DNA from: Planctomycetota bacterium
Lineage (GTDB): Bacteria; Planctomycetota; Phycisphaerae; Sedimentisphaerales; Anaerobacaceae
Length of the DNA stretch: 64,000 nucleotides
NCBI GenBank assembly: GCA_013349615.1
Contig: DUZJ01000001.1
Span: 5,110 to 69,109 of the forward strand
Direction: 5' to 3'
Under the pieces are notes generated by a model. That model was not told the DNA's origin, did no database searches, and saw only the letters and a program-made list of their open reading frames with translations. Each line of letters opens with the position of its first letter. Position 1 is the first letter of the stretch. This document shows positions 53,320 through 63,022 of the stretch, piece by piece. Made by a program: the position numbers and the translations under genes.

Positions 53320-54717
53320 TCAGAATCTCCACACGAAAATCGTAACGCCGAAGATGCCCCAATAAGCAAGTACGCCTAAAAAGAGGACAAGTCTGCCGCC
53401 TCGGTCAAGTCTTCGCACGGCAGCAGAGCTGCGTAAGACCAACAGCGTGGCCAGCAGGGCGATCAGGAGCACCGCTGCCGCCGCAAAGCTTATAACCGGG
53501 TAAAGCGCGTTCGGCACCGACTTGTCCAGCACCAGCGTCTTATCGTAGAATATTTTTGTAGCCGTCGCGACGCCTGTCGGGTCTGAAAAGATGTGAGGCC
53601 AGTAGGGGATGCGCGAGGTCATTTTGAATATTGCCTTGATTAGATGGGCGCCCGCCATTGTCGGGAGCAGCAGCAGGGCAAATGCCTTGGCGATAGCCCC
53701 TGAGGAGGCTTCGGATCGTATTTTTGCCAGAGTGCCTACGGTTAGGAAGAGAACAGCAGGAAATATAATAAATATAACGATAGCGTAAACAAAGTCTTTT
53801 GCCATAGGTCCTGTTATCCCGAGAATATCGCAGAGATAAAGGGGAACCCACGTTAGAATTGCCTTGGAGACAGGCCATTCCGACAGGATTTCAGAGACCA
53901 CGAATCCGCTTACCAGCAGAACGAATCCCACCTGCGCGGCTCGCAGTTCAATGGCACCGAAGAAATCGGCGAACGGCCATCTCGTTGACCATCGCAGGTT
54001 GTCGTTGGGGCAGACCTTGAGACATTGCGTGCACAGCAGGCAGTCCCGATTGTCCTTGATAGTAGCCGGGTAGAGATTGCTCGTACACGAACGGCCAACT
54101 ATTCGGTAGTGATTCTTCTTTGCTATGCAGTCTTTGGTCTTGCAGGCCTTGCAGACCGATGTGTCGTCTGCCCGCCACTCCAATGGCGAGACGAGAGCGT
54201 ACAAACCGAGCAAGTGACCCACCGGGCAGACGTAGCTGCAGAACGCCCGCTTCTCGTATATCAGACCAACCACGAGGGCCGCTCCCACAAGCATCAGTAA
54301 GTAGAGCGCCATTCGGTGAGGAATCCTGTGCAGCTTTAGAATGTGCACTCCTACAATCACGATGAGCGTGTAAAAAATGGTGACTACCCAGCCGCTCTTG
54401 AACACTTGCGGCACTTTCCGCCGCAGCCCGAACCGCGCTGCTAAAGAGGTTACCAACTCCATCGGGCAGACCATGCACCACACGCGACCCAGTAAAACTG
54501 CGGCAATGATAATCAACGGCCACCAGTACGACCAGACTATCAGGTTCGCCAGGTTTGTGTTCCGCAGAACCTTGGCAAAGCCTGCATCATCTGTGGTTAC
54601 TCCGATGCCGCCGGCAATAAGCAGCCCCAAAACCAAGAGCATAATCAACTGCGGTACGATTGGAAACCAGCGTGAGCCGAGCAAACTACGGACCAAACGA
54701 ACATTTAGCAAGTTCAT
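53320..54717 (-). CDS. Polytopic membrane 4Fe-4S-binding protein (NapH/MauN-like polyferredoxin)
   Basis: 465 aa, about 10 TM helices. Cys clusters CMVCPME, CSYVCPVG, CKACKTKDC, CLLCTQCLKVCP. Confidence 0.6.
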   Translation of the reverse strand: MNLLNVRLVRSLLGSRWFPIVPQLIMLLVLGLLIAGGIGVTTDDAGFAKVLRNTNLANLIVWSYWWPLIIIAAVLLGRVWCMVCPMELVTSLAARFGLRRKVPQVFKSGWVVTIFYTLIVIVGVHILKLHRIPHRMALYLLMLVGAALVVGLIYEKRAFCSYVCPVGHLLGLYALVSPLEWRADDTSVCKACKTKDCIAKKNHYRIVGRSCTSNLYPATIKDNRDCLLCTQCLKVCPNDNLRWSTRWPFADFFGAIELRAAQVGFVLLVSGFVVSEILSEWPVSKAILTWVPLYLCDILGITGPMAKDFVYAIVIFIIFPAVLFLTVGTLAKIRSEASSGAIAKAFALLLLPTMAGAHLIKAIFKMTSRIPYWPHIFSDPTGVATATKIFYDKTLVLDKSVPNALYPVISFAAAAVLLIALLATLLVLRSSAAVRRLDRGGRLVLFLGVLAYWGIFGVTIFVWRF

Positions 54718-54762
54718 GCTCTTTCGCTCTCCTTATTTAGAGTTCTTTGGCGGCAGCAGCTT

Positions 54763-54938
54763 AGCTCGACTTTTGCCATTTTTCGGGATGCGAAGCCATT
54801 GATTCACAGGATCTTACATAAATAGCCTTGGACTTTTTCAAAACCCTTGTGTTTTGAAGGGTGTTAAAAAAGTCGGAAAACCGCAAAGTCTTACAATTAT
54901 GGCCTTTACAGCCTTCATAAAAGGGCAAAAGTCGAGCT
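54763..54938. repeat. 176-bp element bounded by a perfect 15-bp inverted repeat, with nested internal hairpins
   Basis: AGCTCGACTTTTGCC (54763-54777) / GGCAAAAGTCGAGCT (54924-54938). Inside are GACTTTTT..AAAAAGTC and ACCCTT-(8)-AAGGGT, the latter competing with CAAAAC-(6)-GTTTTG. A direct repeat TCTTACA(T/A)(A/T)(A/T)AT(A/G)GCCTT is also present. Confidence 0.55.
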
Positions 54939-55217
54939 TAGTAGCCTGACTTATCAATTGTCTTCACTCGGTATTCCCCGAAGAGCCGTCTCAAAGCTGT
55001 CTCAAATGCGGCATTTCGGTAATCGTAGCTGATTCAGACGAAAGGTTCACGCACTCTTTTCGATTTTTTCGCTTCAGAAGCCTGTAAAAGAAAGAAGATA
55101 ACATCGCAAAATCAGCCTGATAACCACTGGCGTCGGCCACAACGCGGCATATTGAGTTGTTCGGTGAATAAAACTGACTTTCACAAAAATTTAGCTTAAG
55201 GCTGCCTTTTATAAATA

Positions 55218-55226
55218 TGGTATAAT
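55218..55226 (+). promoter_or_regulatory. Extended -10 promoter element TGgTATAAT upstream of pcm
   Basis: TG at 55218-55219 and TATAAT at 55221-55226, about 70 nt before the ATG at 55298. Confidence 0.4.
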
Positions 55227-55297
55227 ATCGGATGCTAACGACCGATAGCTCACCGCGTTTAAGATAATAGGAGACTTTTGAAGAGGTAATAAGAACG

Positions 55298-56182
55298 ATG
55301 GCTGAAGAAGAGCGGGAAAGACAAAGAAAGCGGATTGTTGCTGCGTTTTTTGGGCTGGTGGTGATTGTCTTGTTGGCCGGAATTTTGATTTTGAGGAGCG
55401 GTACGGAGCCGGCGGTTACATTAGCTTCGCAGGATAAACAAGCGGATTCGAATCAGGCACCTCCCGATGTAAACGAGCAGCGCGCCCGAGAAGATGGGGA
55501 GGTGGGTCGGCCTGACCATAATCACCCGGCTTTTGCCGAGCGGGTCGATGAGCGAAAAAGGATGGTCGCTACGCAAATTCGGGCACGGCACATCAAGGAC
55601 CCGAACGTGTTAAGGGCGATGCTTACCGTGCCGCGGCACGCGTTTATTCCGCCCGGCCAGCAGCGATATGCTTACGCCGACTATCCGCTGCCCATCGGGC
55701 AGGGCCAGACTATCAGTCAGCCGTACATCGTGGCCTTTATGACTGATGCCTTAAAACTTCGGGCCAACTCGAAGGTATTAGAGATTGGGACGGGGTCGGG
55801 TTATCAGGCCGCGGTCTGCGCGGAAATTGCCCGAGAAGTCTACACGATTGAGATTGTGGAAAAACTGGCGAAATCGGCTAAAGAGCAGCTTAAGAAATTG
55901 GGTTATCCGAACGTGTTCGTCAAGGCCGGTGACGGCTTCTTCGGCTGGCCTGATAAAGGGCCATTCGACGCGATAATCGGGACTGCGGCCGCCAAGCGTA
56001 TCCCTGAGCCGCTGCTTGAGCAGTTGAAGCCGGGCGGGCGAATGATTATACCTACGGGCAGTCCGTACGGTTTTCAGTATCTGGAGTTGGTTACGAAGGA
56101 CAAGGATGGCAAAATCAAAAAGAGCAGGGTGATGCCGGTGCGGTTTGTCCCAATGACGGGGGAAGTGCAGAAGGAGGATTAG
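55298..56182 (+). CDS. pcm: Protein-L-isoaspartate O-methyltransferase with an N-terminal TM extension
   Basis: VPRH.F.P......AY.D.PLPIG.GQTISQP, VLEIGTGSGYQAA (SAM motif I), GGRMIIP. Confidence 0.85.
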   Translation: MAEEERERQRKRIVAAFFGLVVIVLLAGILILRSGTEPAVTLASQDKQADSNQAPPDVNEQRAREDGEVGRPDHNHPAFAERVDERKRMVATQIRARHIKDPNVLRAMLTVPRHAFIPPGQQRYAYADYPLPIGQGQTISQPYIVAFMTDALKLRANSKVLEIGTGSGYQAAVCAEIAREVYTIEIVEKLAKSAKEQLKKLGYPNVFVKAGDGFFGWPDKGPFDAIIGTAAAKRIPEPLLEQLKPGGRMIIPTGSPYGFQYLELVTKDKDGKIKKSRVMPVRFVPMTGEVQKED

Positions 56183-56184
56183 TA

Positions 56185-57678
56185 ATGGGTATTTTTTCGA
56201 TTTCAATTGGAAGGCGGCAATCTTCATTCGTGTGCTGCCGGGGCGTTTTTCTGTTGAGCTTTGTGTTAATAAGCGCGGTGGGGCTTTCGGTGGTGTGGTA
56301 TCTTGGCAGGGCGGCATATCCGGCGAGCGGCACAGAAAAGTGGTATCTGCCCAAACGGGTATATGAAGTGGCAGGCGCGCTAAGGGTCACTCCGGGTACT
56401 GCGATGATCCCGCGCGGTGCAGACGGCAGAATGGGGGTGACAGAATATCAAAACTTTGTGAATACACAGGCAGAGGTGATTACGAGCAGGCGGGTGGTGG
56501 AAAGGGTGGCGGACGACCTGGCAGATAAGGGCCTGACATTCTTTGAGGATTATGGGTCAGGGCTTTGGGCTAAATTGAGACGAAAGGAGAATGGGGGAGG
56601 CGTTATGGACGGGCCTGCAGAGGTATTGAAGCAGGCGATACGCGACGGTGTAATCAAGGCGTTTGCGGTTGAGAAAACAGAGCTGATAAAAGTGACTATG
56701 AGAAGTACGAATCCGGAGGAAGCGCGGCAGATAGTGGACAGCTTTATCTCGAATTATATGGATGTGGAGGTTGCGGCCGCTGCCATGAGTGACGACCAAA
56801 GGCTTAGGGTGCTGGAAAATGAACGTAAGGTACTTGCGCAAAAAATACGAAGTCGTCGCGAAGCAATCAGTCAATTGTCACAGGAATATGGTACTACAAC
56901 GCCGGGCGAGCGGCAGGAGGTGATATTGCGGCGTATTACGGTGCTGCAGGGAGAACTGACTGAAATAGAGGCGAGCCGGATTAGACTCGAAGGCAAGGTG
57001 TTATTACTTGAGAAGGGCAGGGATGAGTCGCTGGTCCGGGGAGCGCAAGAGCTTGAGAACGAGCGTGAGCATTACATAAACTCGGACGCTTCTATACAGG
57101 CACTGGCCAGGCGTATTGCCGATATTGAGGTAGATTTAGCTGTCGCAGAGACGGAGGAGTCGGCTGAAAATCCGGCTGTCAAACAGAAGGCGAAGGTTTT
57201 GGATGCTCTGAAATCGCGCCTTCAGAAACGGAAAGAAGAGGTGGGAAAAGCGTTTGACGAGATGGCAACAAAGAGAGAGGCAGAAGCCCTTGCGCAAAAC
57301 CTGACGAAGGCGAAGGTCGAACTGGAACAAATCAGGGCGCATGAAAAGCGTCTTCGGGATGTGTTGGCCAGGGAAGATAAAAAGGCGGTTGAATTTGGAC
57401 GTAGGGAGCTGGATATTCAGGAATTGCAGGATCGATTAGCGTTGGATAAAGAGAGATACGATGCAATATCTCGGCGTATAAATGAAATGAAGATGGAACG
57501 AAAGCGTCCTGCGAGGATTTCCGTGGCTTATAACGCTGATATTAGTTCTGTGAAATCTTTCGTTGGAATACGTTTCAAGGCTGCGATGGCGGTCTTGCTG
57601 GGTGCGCTGGTCTGTAGTGTGCTATTGGCTATTATAACGGGGCATTCGGGTCGTAAATCGAGCACGCCGGCGAAATAA
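56185..57678 (+). CDS. Polysaccharide co-polymerase (Wzz/GumC-like chain-length determinant), no kinase domain
   Basis: N-terminal TM, ..EYQNFVNTQAEVITSRRVVERVADDL.., a long coiled coil and a C-terminal TM. Confidence 0.6.
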   Translation: MGIFSISIGRRQSSFVCCRGVFLLSFVLISAVGLSVVWYLGRAAYPASGTEKWYLPKRVYEVAGALRVTPGTAMIPRGADGRMGVTEYQNFVNTQAEVITSRRVVERVADDLADKGLTFFEDYGSGLWAKLRRKENGGGVMDGPAEVLKQAIRDGVIKAFAVEKTELIKVTMRSTNPEEARQIVDSFISNYMDVEVAAAAMSDDQRLRVLENERKVLAQKIRSRREAISQLSQEYGTTTPGERQEVILRRITVLQGELTEIEASRIRLEGKVLLLEKGRDESLVRGAQELENEREHYINSDASIQALARRIADIEVDLAVAETEESAENPAVKQKAKVLDALKSRLQKRKEEVGKAFDEMATKREAEALAQNLTKAKVELEQIRAHEKRLRDVLAREDKKAVEFGRRELDIQELQDRLALDKERYDAISRRINEMKMERKRPARISVAYNADISSVKSFVGIRFKAAMAVLLGALVCSVLLAIITGHSGRKSSTPAK

Positions 57679-57830
57679 AGAGGCGGGGAGATTGCTTGAG
57701 GAAAGTGCTGACCATCCCCAAGCCCTTCGGGCTTGAGGTTGCCACCAATCGAGGAACCTTTTTTAATAGACCCCTCGGCTGCGTTCGGGGTGACGACTCG
57801 ACTTCGCTCGGGCTGATGACTTTACCGTTG

Positions 57831-58205
57831 TCAGCAGGTGAGGTGGAGTGCGGCGGCGACGTTTACGCCGGCCTCCGACAGCTCGTTAAATTTTTGCACG
57901 GCCTTGTAGCTGTCAAACACCTCCAACTGGATATCGTGCTCTTTTAGGACCTGGCGGGTTTGGTCGGGTATTTCCATCAGGCCGGATGCGCCGCAGCCGA
58001 CTATTAGGACCGATGGCTTGGCCGCAAGCACACTACTCAAATCTTCGGCACACAGCGAATGGCCCTGCTTTCGCCACCAATCAGACTGGACAGTATCGCC
58101 GAGGATTATAACGTCGCTGGTGTAGCTTACACTATCGATAACAATTTTACCGAATTTGTATGAGTCAATGTGCATAGGTTGTACCGATTTTACACGGTTT
58201 TTCAT
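57831..58205 (-). CDS. Mth938-like (DUF498 / NDUFAF3-type) protein
   Basis: 124 aa. IDSY.FG.I.I....Y..DVII......W........L..EDL......P.VLIVG.G. pattern. Confidence 0.6.
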   Translation of the reverse strand: MKNRVKSVQPMHIDSYKFGKIVIDSVSYTSDVIILGDTVQSDWWRKQGHSLCAEDLSSVLAAKPSVLIVGCGASGLMEIPDQTRQVLKEHDIQLEVFDSYKAVQKFNELSEAGVNVAAALHLTC

Positions 58206-58214
58206 CTGACAGTT

Positions 58215-58433
58215 TTAACTTACAATGTCAGGGCCGGGAGGCTTTTGCTGCCTGCTGTATACAAAGGAGTACCAGAAAGGTAAATACCAGAAGGCAGCTC
58301 CCGAAAGAATAGTCAGAAAGAAGAGCAAGCCACCTTCATGCCGTAAACCAAACAAGAGGAGCATGTAATAGAAGCCGGTTTGAGCTAAGATTGCAAAGAT
58401 AACGAGAACAAGGAATATCAATCGCCTTTTCAT
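58215..58433 (-). CDS. Small two-helix membrane protein
   Basis: 72 aa, lying 9 nt upstream of the Mth938-like gene on the same strand. Confidence 0.4.
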   Translation of the reverse strand: MKRRLIFLVLVIFAILAQTGFYYMLLLFGLRHEGGLLFFLTILSGAAFWYLPFWYSFVYSRQQKPPGPDIVS

Positions 58434-58671
58434 TTTATTTATACCTCCAGTTGGATAGCCCGCACCTGCTTTGGGAAAACGAGCACAAAATTAAGTTCCG
58501 CTCAACGCAAGAATTATAATATATCAGCGGCAGTAAATCCAGGAGAAAATATAATTATCACTTCTTTTTGAGTAAAAACAGGCTTCAGAAAAAAGAATGA
58601 ATTCGCTGCAGCGATATTTCAAGTATATTACCATATATCAGGTGTTGTGGTTTTAGTAAAGGATAGCCGGT

Positions 58672-59547
58672 ATGGATTCGAAGAAAACAGGCGTTCTGGC
58701 GATACTTGGGGCCAGCCTGATGTGGGCCATCGAGCCTGTCTGCGCCAAATTGGCTTACGCGAATTCCGATTTTCTTCAAACGTCGGCCATCCGGGCGATA
58801 GTCGTTGCGCTGACGGCGCTGCTCTACGTTCTTTTTACAGGTAAAGGAAATCTGAAAGTAACTAAAGAGCAGCTCCCGAAATTAGTCTATATCGCAATTG
58901 CAGGTACGATATTTGCAGATTTGCTGTATTTCTTTGCGCTGACGAAAATCGCCGTAATTAACGCGGTCTTGATAGGCCACATGCAGCCAATCTTTATTAT
59001 TCTAATAGGGTTCTTCATTCTGAAGGAGGACAAGTTAACAAAATTCGATTACGCGGGCATACTTATTATGATAACCGCGGGCGTGCTTGTCACCACAAAG
59101 ACGCCGGCCAACCTTTCCAATATGAAATTCGGTACGATGGGAGATATCTACGTGCTGCTGGCGACGGTGGCCTGGTCAACAACGGCCATCGTGATGAGGA
59201 AATATCTTACTCAGCTCAATGCAGGGGTAATCACATTTTATAGATATACAATCGCTTCGGCAATTTTTATCGCTTACTTATTGCTTACGTCATCGCTGGT
59301 CCTGGCCAATATCTACCAAGTCCTGGTGGGGATTGTAGTTGGGGCCGGGACCATAATGTATTATGAGGGATTGAAACGCATTAAGGCCGCCCAGGTTTCC
59401 GCACTGGAACTTTCGACACCTTTTTTCGCGGTTGTTTTCGCTTTTTTGATTTTGCGGGAGCTGGTTACGGTTATGCAGATTTCGGGCATCCTGTTATTAG
59501 TTGTGGGAGTTTTTTTTCTGTCGAGGAAAGAAGAGGCATATTTCTAA
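58672..59547 (+). CDS. DMT-superfamily (EamA-type) transporter
   Basis: 291 aa, 10 TM helices in two EamA halves. Confidence 0.8.
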   Translation: MDSKKTGVLAILGASLMWAIEPVCAKLAYANSDFLQTSAIRAIVVALTALLYVLFTGKGNLKVTKEQLPKLVYIAIAGTIFADLLYFFALTKIAVINAVLIGHMQPIFIILIGFFILKEDKLTKFDYAGILIMITAGVLVTTKTPANLSNMKFGTMGDIYVLLATVAWSTTAIVMRKYLTQLNAGVITFYRYTIASAIFIAYLLLTSSLVLANIYQVLVGIVVGAGTIMYYEGLKRIKAAQVSALELSTPFFAVVFAFLILRELVTVMQISGILLLVVGVFFLSRKEEAYF

Positions 59548-59602
59548 TGTATTTGTGTTGACGCAGGGTAAAACTGTTAGCCTTGTGCTATTGTAAAGCT
59601 AA

Positions 59603-59687
59603 CGGAGCAGGAGGGATTCGAACCCCCGGTACCTTTCGGTACAACGGTTTTCAAGACCGTCGCCTTCAGCCGCTCGGCCACTGCTCC
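59603..59687 (-). tRNA. tRNA-Ser (anticodon UGA)
   Basis: Reverse complement GGAGCAG-TG-GCCGAGCGGCTGAAGGC-G-ACGGT-CTTGAAA-ACCGT plus a long variable arm, then GGGGGTTCGAATCCCTC-CTGCTCC-G. Confidence 0.9.
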
Positions 59688-59826
59688 AACTACTTTAATT
59701 AAAAGGTTTTACAGGAAATCGAAAAATATCTTCTTTGAATCTTTTACAACCTTTACTACAACCAAAATGGCATGTAAAAGTTGACTATGTTGTTTCGTCT
59801 TTCGGTTGTAGTTGAGGATATTAGTC

Positions 59827-60010
59827 ATGGCAAAATCCAATTCTAAAAGAAAAACTCGTTCTGACAAATTCCCACTTACTTTACATCCAACGGGGCGGTA
59901 TTGCAAGAAAATCAAAGGTAAACTCTACTATTTCGGCAGTGAAAAGGAAACAGCGTTGGAACGTTACTTAGAGCAAGCTGCCTACCTGCACTCTGGTAAA
60001 CCGCCCAGGT
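59827..60010 (+). pseudogene. N-terminal fragment (~60 aa) of a tyrosine-type integrase
   Basis: MAKSNSKRKTRSDKFPLTLHPTGRYCKKIKGKLYYFGSEKETALERYLEQAAYLHSGK matches an N-terminal pattern I recall from PVC-group site-specific integrases (FPL..H..G.W.KK..GK..YFG......AL..YL). The rest of ORF 59812-60609 is antisense to the GH32 gene and lacks any catalytic core. Confidence 0.5.
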
Positions 60011-60110
60011 CAAAATATACAGATAGAAGCAGTGTCAGGGCTATCCATGCTCCGAAAGGGACTGGTTTCTGCACGCTTCGGAGAGCACATTGCTTATGCC
60101 GTTTCGAATA

Positions 60111-62255
60111 TCAACGCCAGATGGAGCGCAGTTGCCAGATGTCCAGCGCTTCGAGTTGTGTCGTACCTCCCTCACTGAAGAGCTTGATGGACTTGTCGTC
60201 TTCGGGCAGGATGCCGCCGATGGGCATATATATGCGTCCGCCGTTGGCGAATATCTCAATACTGTTGCGATCCACTAACAGTTCCAGCTCGATCTTGCCG
60301 TTGACCGGCTTGAGTGCCACCCTTTTGTTCCGGCAGCTCAATTGGGCCTTGCCGACATCGTACGCAACGCGGGTGCCTCGAATCACAAAGCCGAATTCTT
60401 TTGCATCACCGACAACGAACCGGCCCTTGATATGGAACAGCTCTCCCGAAAGTCGCGGCAACTTCTTTTCGCCTCGTTTAACGGTCATCTTACCAAACGT
60501 ATGCTTCGATCCGTGTATATTCTCGATTTCGCGGACAGGCTCGGCAAACATTCGTATGCCTTCGTCAGTTGTTTGCAGCGTCAGCTCTACGGGAAATAGT
60601 ATGCACTGATTAAACGGCATGCCGGGCGTGGCGATCCGGCCCCAGGCCATCTGAATCCGCCGCCCCTCATCTTTCGGCATATTGTTAAACGTCTGTGACG
60701 CATAGAAGCAGTTGCCGTGCTGAAAACGAATCGCCTTACCCTCCGGCTTGAACTCTTTACCGTCAAAATCGCCAATCAAATAATCACCGGAGCCTCCGTA
60801 AAGAATCCATTTCATATTGTCCTTGTCGCCGTCGACCGGCAGCTCAAACAACTCAGGGCACTCATGGAAACACTTAAGCTCGCTATGCTTGGTCCAGGAC
60901 TTCAAATCGGTCGAGCTGAAGAAGCCCATCATACCGCCATCCAGATACAGCACCATAACCCAGCGTCCGGTCGGCTCGTGCCAAATCACCTTTGGGTCCC
61001 TATTACTCCCGTTGATATGACCGAGCACTGGATTGTCTTTATAGACAGTCCAGGTTCGACCGCGGTCGTTGCTGTAGGCCATAGACTGCGTGAAGGGCTG
61101 ATTGCGCGACCAGGAGTTTGTACCGCCGGCGGAGGTATAAACACAGACGATGACCTTTTCGTCACCGGCCTGCCAGCCCGCGGTATTTTTCTCATCCACG
61201 ACCGCCGAGCCGGAGAATATCGTCCCCAGATGGTCGGGATGAATCGCATCACCCAGCACCTTCCAGTGCACCATGTCCTTGCTGACTGTGTGGCCCCATG
61301 TCATGTTGCCCCAGTTCCAGCCGTATGGATTGTGCTGCCAGAACATATGGAACTCGCCGTCGTAGTACACCATCCCGTTGGTGTCGTTGTTCCAGCCCCG
61401 ACGCGATGAGAAATGAAACTGCTGCCGGTTCTTCTCGCGGTAGAAGGTCTTGGCCTCTTTGATAGCATTGTCCTGATATATCATCTCAAACGCCCGGGAC
61501 TTGCGCCCAAGTGAGTTGACCCGCAGCGTTGCTTGCTTCCCACGAAACTCAGCAATATCCAGAAATACCCAATAGCCGGGCTCATCATCAGCTAATTCAA
61601 TCTCGAACTGACGTACGATTTTTCCATCGATCAATACATCCATCCGTCGTCTGGCTGCGCCATGCTTGACCGGCAGATTCAGATACCGCTTTGTAAACCG
61701 CATCGTACGGTCCTTCTCCACAGCAACTTTCTCATTGCTGCCGAAGATGTGGTCGATGTTGATGTGTCCCCATCCGCCCTTCTGCTTATCGACTATCTGA
61801 ATACGGACCGTTTTGCCCATCAGTTCCGAAACGTCCCAGCTCCACCAGTTCAACGCTTCGCTGCCGCCGGGCCGGTCATTAGGCCCCGTCGCAGTCCGGG
61901 CGACTTTGCCCTCCAGCATAAGATTGATGCACGCTCTGCCCGGATGCATGCCTCCGCCGATCAGGAAGTTGATGTACTTACGCTGAATCTTGAACGGCGG
62001 TGATGTGAGCGTGCCCGTCGTTTCGTCCCCTTTGTAATAGCTATTGACCAGGCCCTTGCCTTCATACCCGCTGACATTCATCTGGCCGTCCAGCGTCCCG
62101 CGAGCAGGCCCCGGCCCGAACGCCTCACCCTCTGCTTTCCAGTTGCCATAGGTCTTACCCTCGAAATCGGCAATCAGGATGTCCTTCTGCCCATCCGCCC
62201 CGATTACTCCCGCAGTAAGAAAGATTGTCATAATGATACTCAGTGTCTTATCCAT
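60111..62255 (-). CDS. Glycoside hydrolase family 32 (fructan/levan/sucrose hydrolase) with an N-terminal beta-sandwich module
   Basis: 714 aa with a signal peptide. GWNNDTNG (WMNDPNG-type nucleophile block), WGH, SNRDPKV (RDP), FHECPELF (EC acid/base). Confidence 0.85.
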   Translation of the reverse strand: MDKTLSIIMTIFLTAGVIGADGQKDILIADFEGKTYGNWKAEGEAFGPGPARGTLDGQMNVSGYEGKGLVNSYYKGDETTGTLTSPPFKIQRKYINFLIGGGMHPGRACINLMLEGKVARTATGPNDRPGGSEALNWWSWDVSELMGKTVRIQIVDKQKGGWGHINIDHIFGSNEKVAVEKDRTMRFTKRYLNLPVKHGAARRRMDVLIDGKIVRQFEIELADDEPGYWVFLDIAEFRGKQATLRVNSLGRKSRAFEMIYQDNAIKEAKTFYREKNRQQFHFSSRRGWNNDTNGMVYYDGEFHMFWQHNPYGWNWGNMTWGHTVSKDMVHWKVLGDAIHPDHLGTIFSGSAVVDEKNTAGWQAGDEKVIVCVYTSAGGTNSWSRNQPFTQSMAYSNDRGRTWTVYKDNPVLGHINGSNRDPKVIWHEPTGRWVMVLYLDGGMMGFFSSTDLKSWTKHSELKCFHECPELFELPVDGDKDNMKWILYGGSGDYLIGDFDGKEFKPEGKAIRFQHGNCFYASQTFNNMPKDEGRRIQMAWGRIATPGMPFNQCILFPVELTLQTTDEGIRMFAEPVREIENIHGSKHTFGKMTVKRGEKKLPRLSGELFHIKGRFVVGDAKEFGFVIRGTRVAYDVGKAQLSCRNKRVALKPVNGKIELELLVDRNSIEIFANGGRIYMPIGGILPEDDKSIKLFSEGGTTQLEALDIWQLRSIWR

Positions 62256-62662
62256 TGTTTTCTCCTTCCAAATCGACTTTCGTATGTATTTCCACCAGTG
62301 CCAACCTCATCAATGCGCCGGAGCATCGTTCTCAATATACTACTAAAGCACACCGTTTTCAATCATTTTGACGGAGCCAGACGGCATTTTGCAATTCGCA
62401 GACCCAAACGGACAGTCTACTACTCTTATTCGGTGGATTTGGAGATTTTTTATAGAAAAAGCGGCATCTTACAAGCAAAATAGGCCTAATCCGGGCTAAA
62501 AATGCGGTCCGAAGAAAAATTTTGGGATTTTTGGAATTTTTAGTTGACATTGCATAGTATGTGTGGCATAATAAGCATAACATGATATAAGGCTGAATCA
62601 GCGTAATATGTGGTTGGAAAAAAGCGAATCTGTGAAATCAGTGGTTAAGAAAGGAGCATTTT

Positions 62663-63004
62663 ATGAAATTTGAAAGTCAGCTATTAAAGGGTGTCGCCCC
62701 TGTGGTCGTTCTTGAGATTCTCTCTCGCGGGCAAATGTACGGCTACGAATTGAGCCAGGCCATCGAGCAGCGAAGCGGCGATATCCTGACCCTTGGCAAA
62801 GGCACTTTGTACCCACTGCTTTACAATCTTGAGGCCAAGAAACTAATCGAGGGCAAGTGGGAAGAAGCAGAGTCAGGACGAAAAAGGCGGTATTACTCAA
62901 TCACCAGCAGGGGCAAAGGCCAGTTAGCAGAACAAAAGGCGCAGCTAATGGAGCTGCACAACGGGCTAAATCTTATCTTCAGCGGTGTGTTTGTGCCGGC
63001 CTAA
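62663..63004 (+). CDS. PadR-family transcriptional regulator
   Basis: 113 aa. LKGVAPVVVLEIL...MYGYEL......R......L..GTLYPLLY.LE...LI. Confidence 0.85.
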   Translation: MKFESQLLKGVAPVVVLEILSRGQMYGYELSQAIEQRSGDILTLGKGTLYPLLYNLEAKKLIEGKWEEAESGRKRRYYSITSRGKGQLAEQKAQLMELHNGLNLIFSGVFVPA

Positions 63005-63022
63005 AGATAGAAAAAAGAATTA

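Noticed and set aside
57696-57947. 83-aa ORF in the spacer between the Wzz-like gene and the Mth938-like gene, containing the hairpin AAGCCC-TTC-GGGCTT.
   Set aside because: The ORF overlaps the 3' end of the convergent Mth938-like gene and translates GC-rich hairpin sequence. The hairpin lacks a T-tract, so it is not called as a terminator either.
59812-60609. 265-aa ORF as a complete gene next to tRNA-Ser.
   Set aside because: Only the first ~60 aa look protein-like (integrase N-terminus). From ~60110 onward the ORF is antisense to the strongly supported GH32 gene. It is annotated as a pseudogene fragment only.
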